Position numbers and translations under genes: made by a program. This document shows positions 62,921-64,000 of a stretch of DNA of 64,000 nt, piece by piece; the first letter of the stretch is position 1, and the number at the start of each line of letters is the position of its first letter. Below the pieces are notes generated by a model. That model did not search any database, was not told the origin of the DNA, and was given only the letters and a program-made list of their open reading frames with translations. Location of the stretch: the IMG/VR virus record IMGVR_UViG_3300009104_001827, positions 62,001 through 126,000 of that record; one strand, given 5' to 3'.

Positions 62921-63833
62921 CTTCTTGAAGTGCTACGTTTTTAATGAGGAAGGGGAATTCTTTTTCAAATAAAGATTTTCCTTTACCTCCTTTTTTTACT
63001 TTAAGTCCGGAAGACTCTACTGGTAAATTTTCTATCTCTTCAAACGTGGGCATTTTTGCCTTGGGGTCTAGGGCCCAAAGTAAGGCGTTTTCGTCTGCCC
63101 ATTTCTTCATTCTGCGAATTGGAACAATTAAATTAAAATTCTCTCCAGCTCCTCTTACTAGCATTCCTACATAGGTTCCGCTTTGTAGATATACTCCACC
63201 CCCGCTAGAGCCCGGAAAAGCTGTAACCGTCGTCTGGTCGAACTCGACCTTGCCCTCAACCCTTCCTACTTGAGAGACGATTCCCGTAGTCATGCTGTTT
63301 GCTCCCATTTGACCCAAGAGGGATCCTACGTGAAACAATTGAGTTCCGATCGGGACGATAGCTTCATCTTCATTAAGGTAGAACTTAGCCCCTGCCTTGC
63401 CGTAATTTTTAGCCCGAACCATAAGGAGCGCCAAGTCGTGCCCGTGCTCGTAGTCGCTATACTTAATAACTTTCGCGTCCATTTTCATTTCCCCCACCCT
63501 TCTTCCGTCCTCTACTAATTCCTTGACGATTTGGGCGTCATTGAATTCAATAACCTTCACTGAAGATCCGGACTCGTCAACAACCGTCCTAATGTTTCTA
63601 AGGATATCTACTACGTGCGCAGCGGTCCATACGAAAGTTACGCTTTCTCCTTCTATTTGCCTTGTTATTAAAACTCCGGAGCCTTCCGATTTTCTATAGT
63701 CTCCTTCTGCTTTAATTGTTACGGATATATCCTGCAGGTGTTGCGCTGTTTCTTTTTTATTTACGGCTTTATCTTCCCCTGAAAGGGGAAGGGCTAGCCC
63801 TATGGTTAGTAATGCTAGTGATAGTTTATTCAT
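62892..63833 (-). CDS. Trypsin-like (S1) serine protease with N-terminal signal peptide
   Basis: GSGV, VWTAAHVV (His), HDLALL (Asp), FPGSSGGGV (Ser). Hydrophobic N-terminus MNKLSLALLTIGLALPLSG. Confidence 0.88.
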   Translation of the reverse strand: MNKLSLALLTIGLALPLSGEDKAVNKKETAQHLQDISVTIKAEGDYRKSEGSGVLITRQIEGESVTFVWTAAHVVDILRNIRTVVDESGSSVKVIEFNDAQIVKELVEDGRRVGEMKMDAKVIKYSDYEHGHDLALLMVRAKNYGKAGAKFYLNEDEAIVPIGTQLFHVGSLLGQMGANSMTTGIVSQVGRVEGKVEFDQTTVTAFPGSSGGGVYLQSGTYVGMLVRGAGENFNLIVPIRRMKKWADENALLWALDPKAKMPTFEEIENLPVESSGLKVKKGGKGKSLFEKEFPFLIKNVALQEDEPQPIQAE

Positions 63834-63839
63834 TATAGT

Positions 63840-63868
63840 ATAATAACATTGTGGTTTATAAATGTCAA
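63840..63868 (-). promoter_or_regulatory. Sigma70-type promoter, probably leaderless, for the protease operon
   Basis: The minus strand reads TTGACA-17 nt-TATTAT with an extended -10 TG, then 6 nt, then ATG 63833. Confidence 0.75.
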
Positions 63869-63872
63869 CCTT

Positions 63873-64000
63873 TTATTGACAACTTTCGCAGGTTTCTCCA
63901 TTTTTCATAGCTTCTATACTGCAAGCCGTGGCCTCTGGGTCTCCGTCTGAAGTTGCTTTTTCAATTTTACTTGCAGCCCTGTTTCTTAGGTAGTATGTTG
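63873..64000 (-). CDS. nrdA: Ribonucleotide reductase class Ia alpha subunit, C-terminal end (partial)
   Basis: Manual translation gives TYYLRNRAASKIEK...ACSIEAMKNGETCESCQ*, which contains the YY radical-transfer pair and the C-terminal redox cysteines. Confidence 0.85.
   Translation of the reverse strand, partial: TYYLRNRAASKIEKATSDGDPEATACSIEAMKNGETCESCQ

Noticed and set aside
17-63518. Numerous 60-200 aa ORFs antisense to or overlapping the long genes
   Set aside because: Shadow ORFs of the real genes, with no recognisable motifs or translation signals.
1-64000. Stop-codon reassignment (alternative genetic code)
   Set aside because: The standard code gives very long ORFs with near-complete coding density, and TAA, TAG and TGA all terminate genes at sensible boundaries.

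Overview
This window is a segment of a large tailed dsDNA phage genome (Caudoviricetes). Positions ~1-58.5 kb hold a virion/tail module split over both strands. It contains four tail fibre/spike genes and a fibre chaperone, a Trp-repeat protein, four tail-tube-like paralogues, putative neck proteins and chaperones, and a 3032-aa tape measure protein (TMP). It also contains an enlarged lambda-type tail tip: M/Dit-like, L, JAB-only K, an I-J fusion and a 3810-aa distal J/fibre. No sheath gene is visible, which suggests a giant non-contractile tail, although a sheath could lie outside the window. Positions 58.5-64 kb form a convergent, sigma70-type operon: nrdA 3' end, trypsin-like protease, Whirly-like ssDNA-binding protein, glycosyltransferases and a Rad52-like annealing protein. 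The most striking signals are: (1) a 21-bp DNA core kept codon-for-codon at the junctions of otherwise dissimilar modules in two tail-fibre genes, suggesting a module-shuffling array; (2) a TMP with cargo-like domains, one PD-(D/E)XK-like, between G-[FYI]-[VI]-P-N-[FY] repeats, two of which are an exact 20-bp direct repeat; (3) a GTGTA motif in front of most structural transcription units; (4) an out-of-frame A14 tract in a glycosyltransferase gene. All protein calls come from recognising motifs by eye; no database searches were run.
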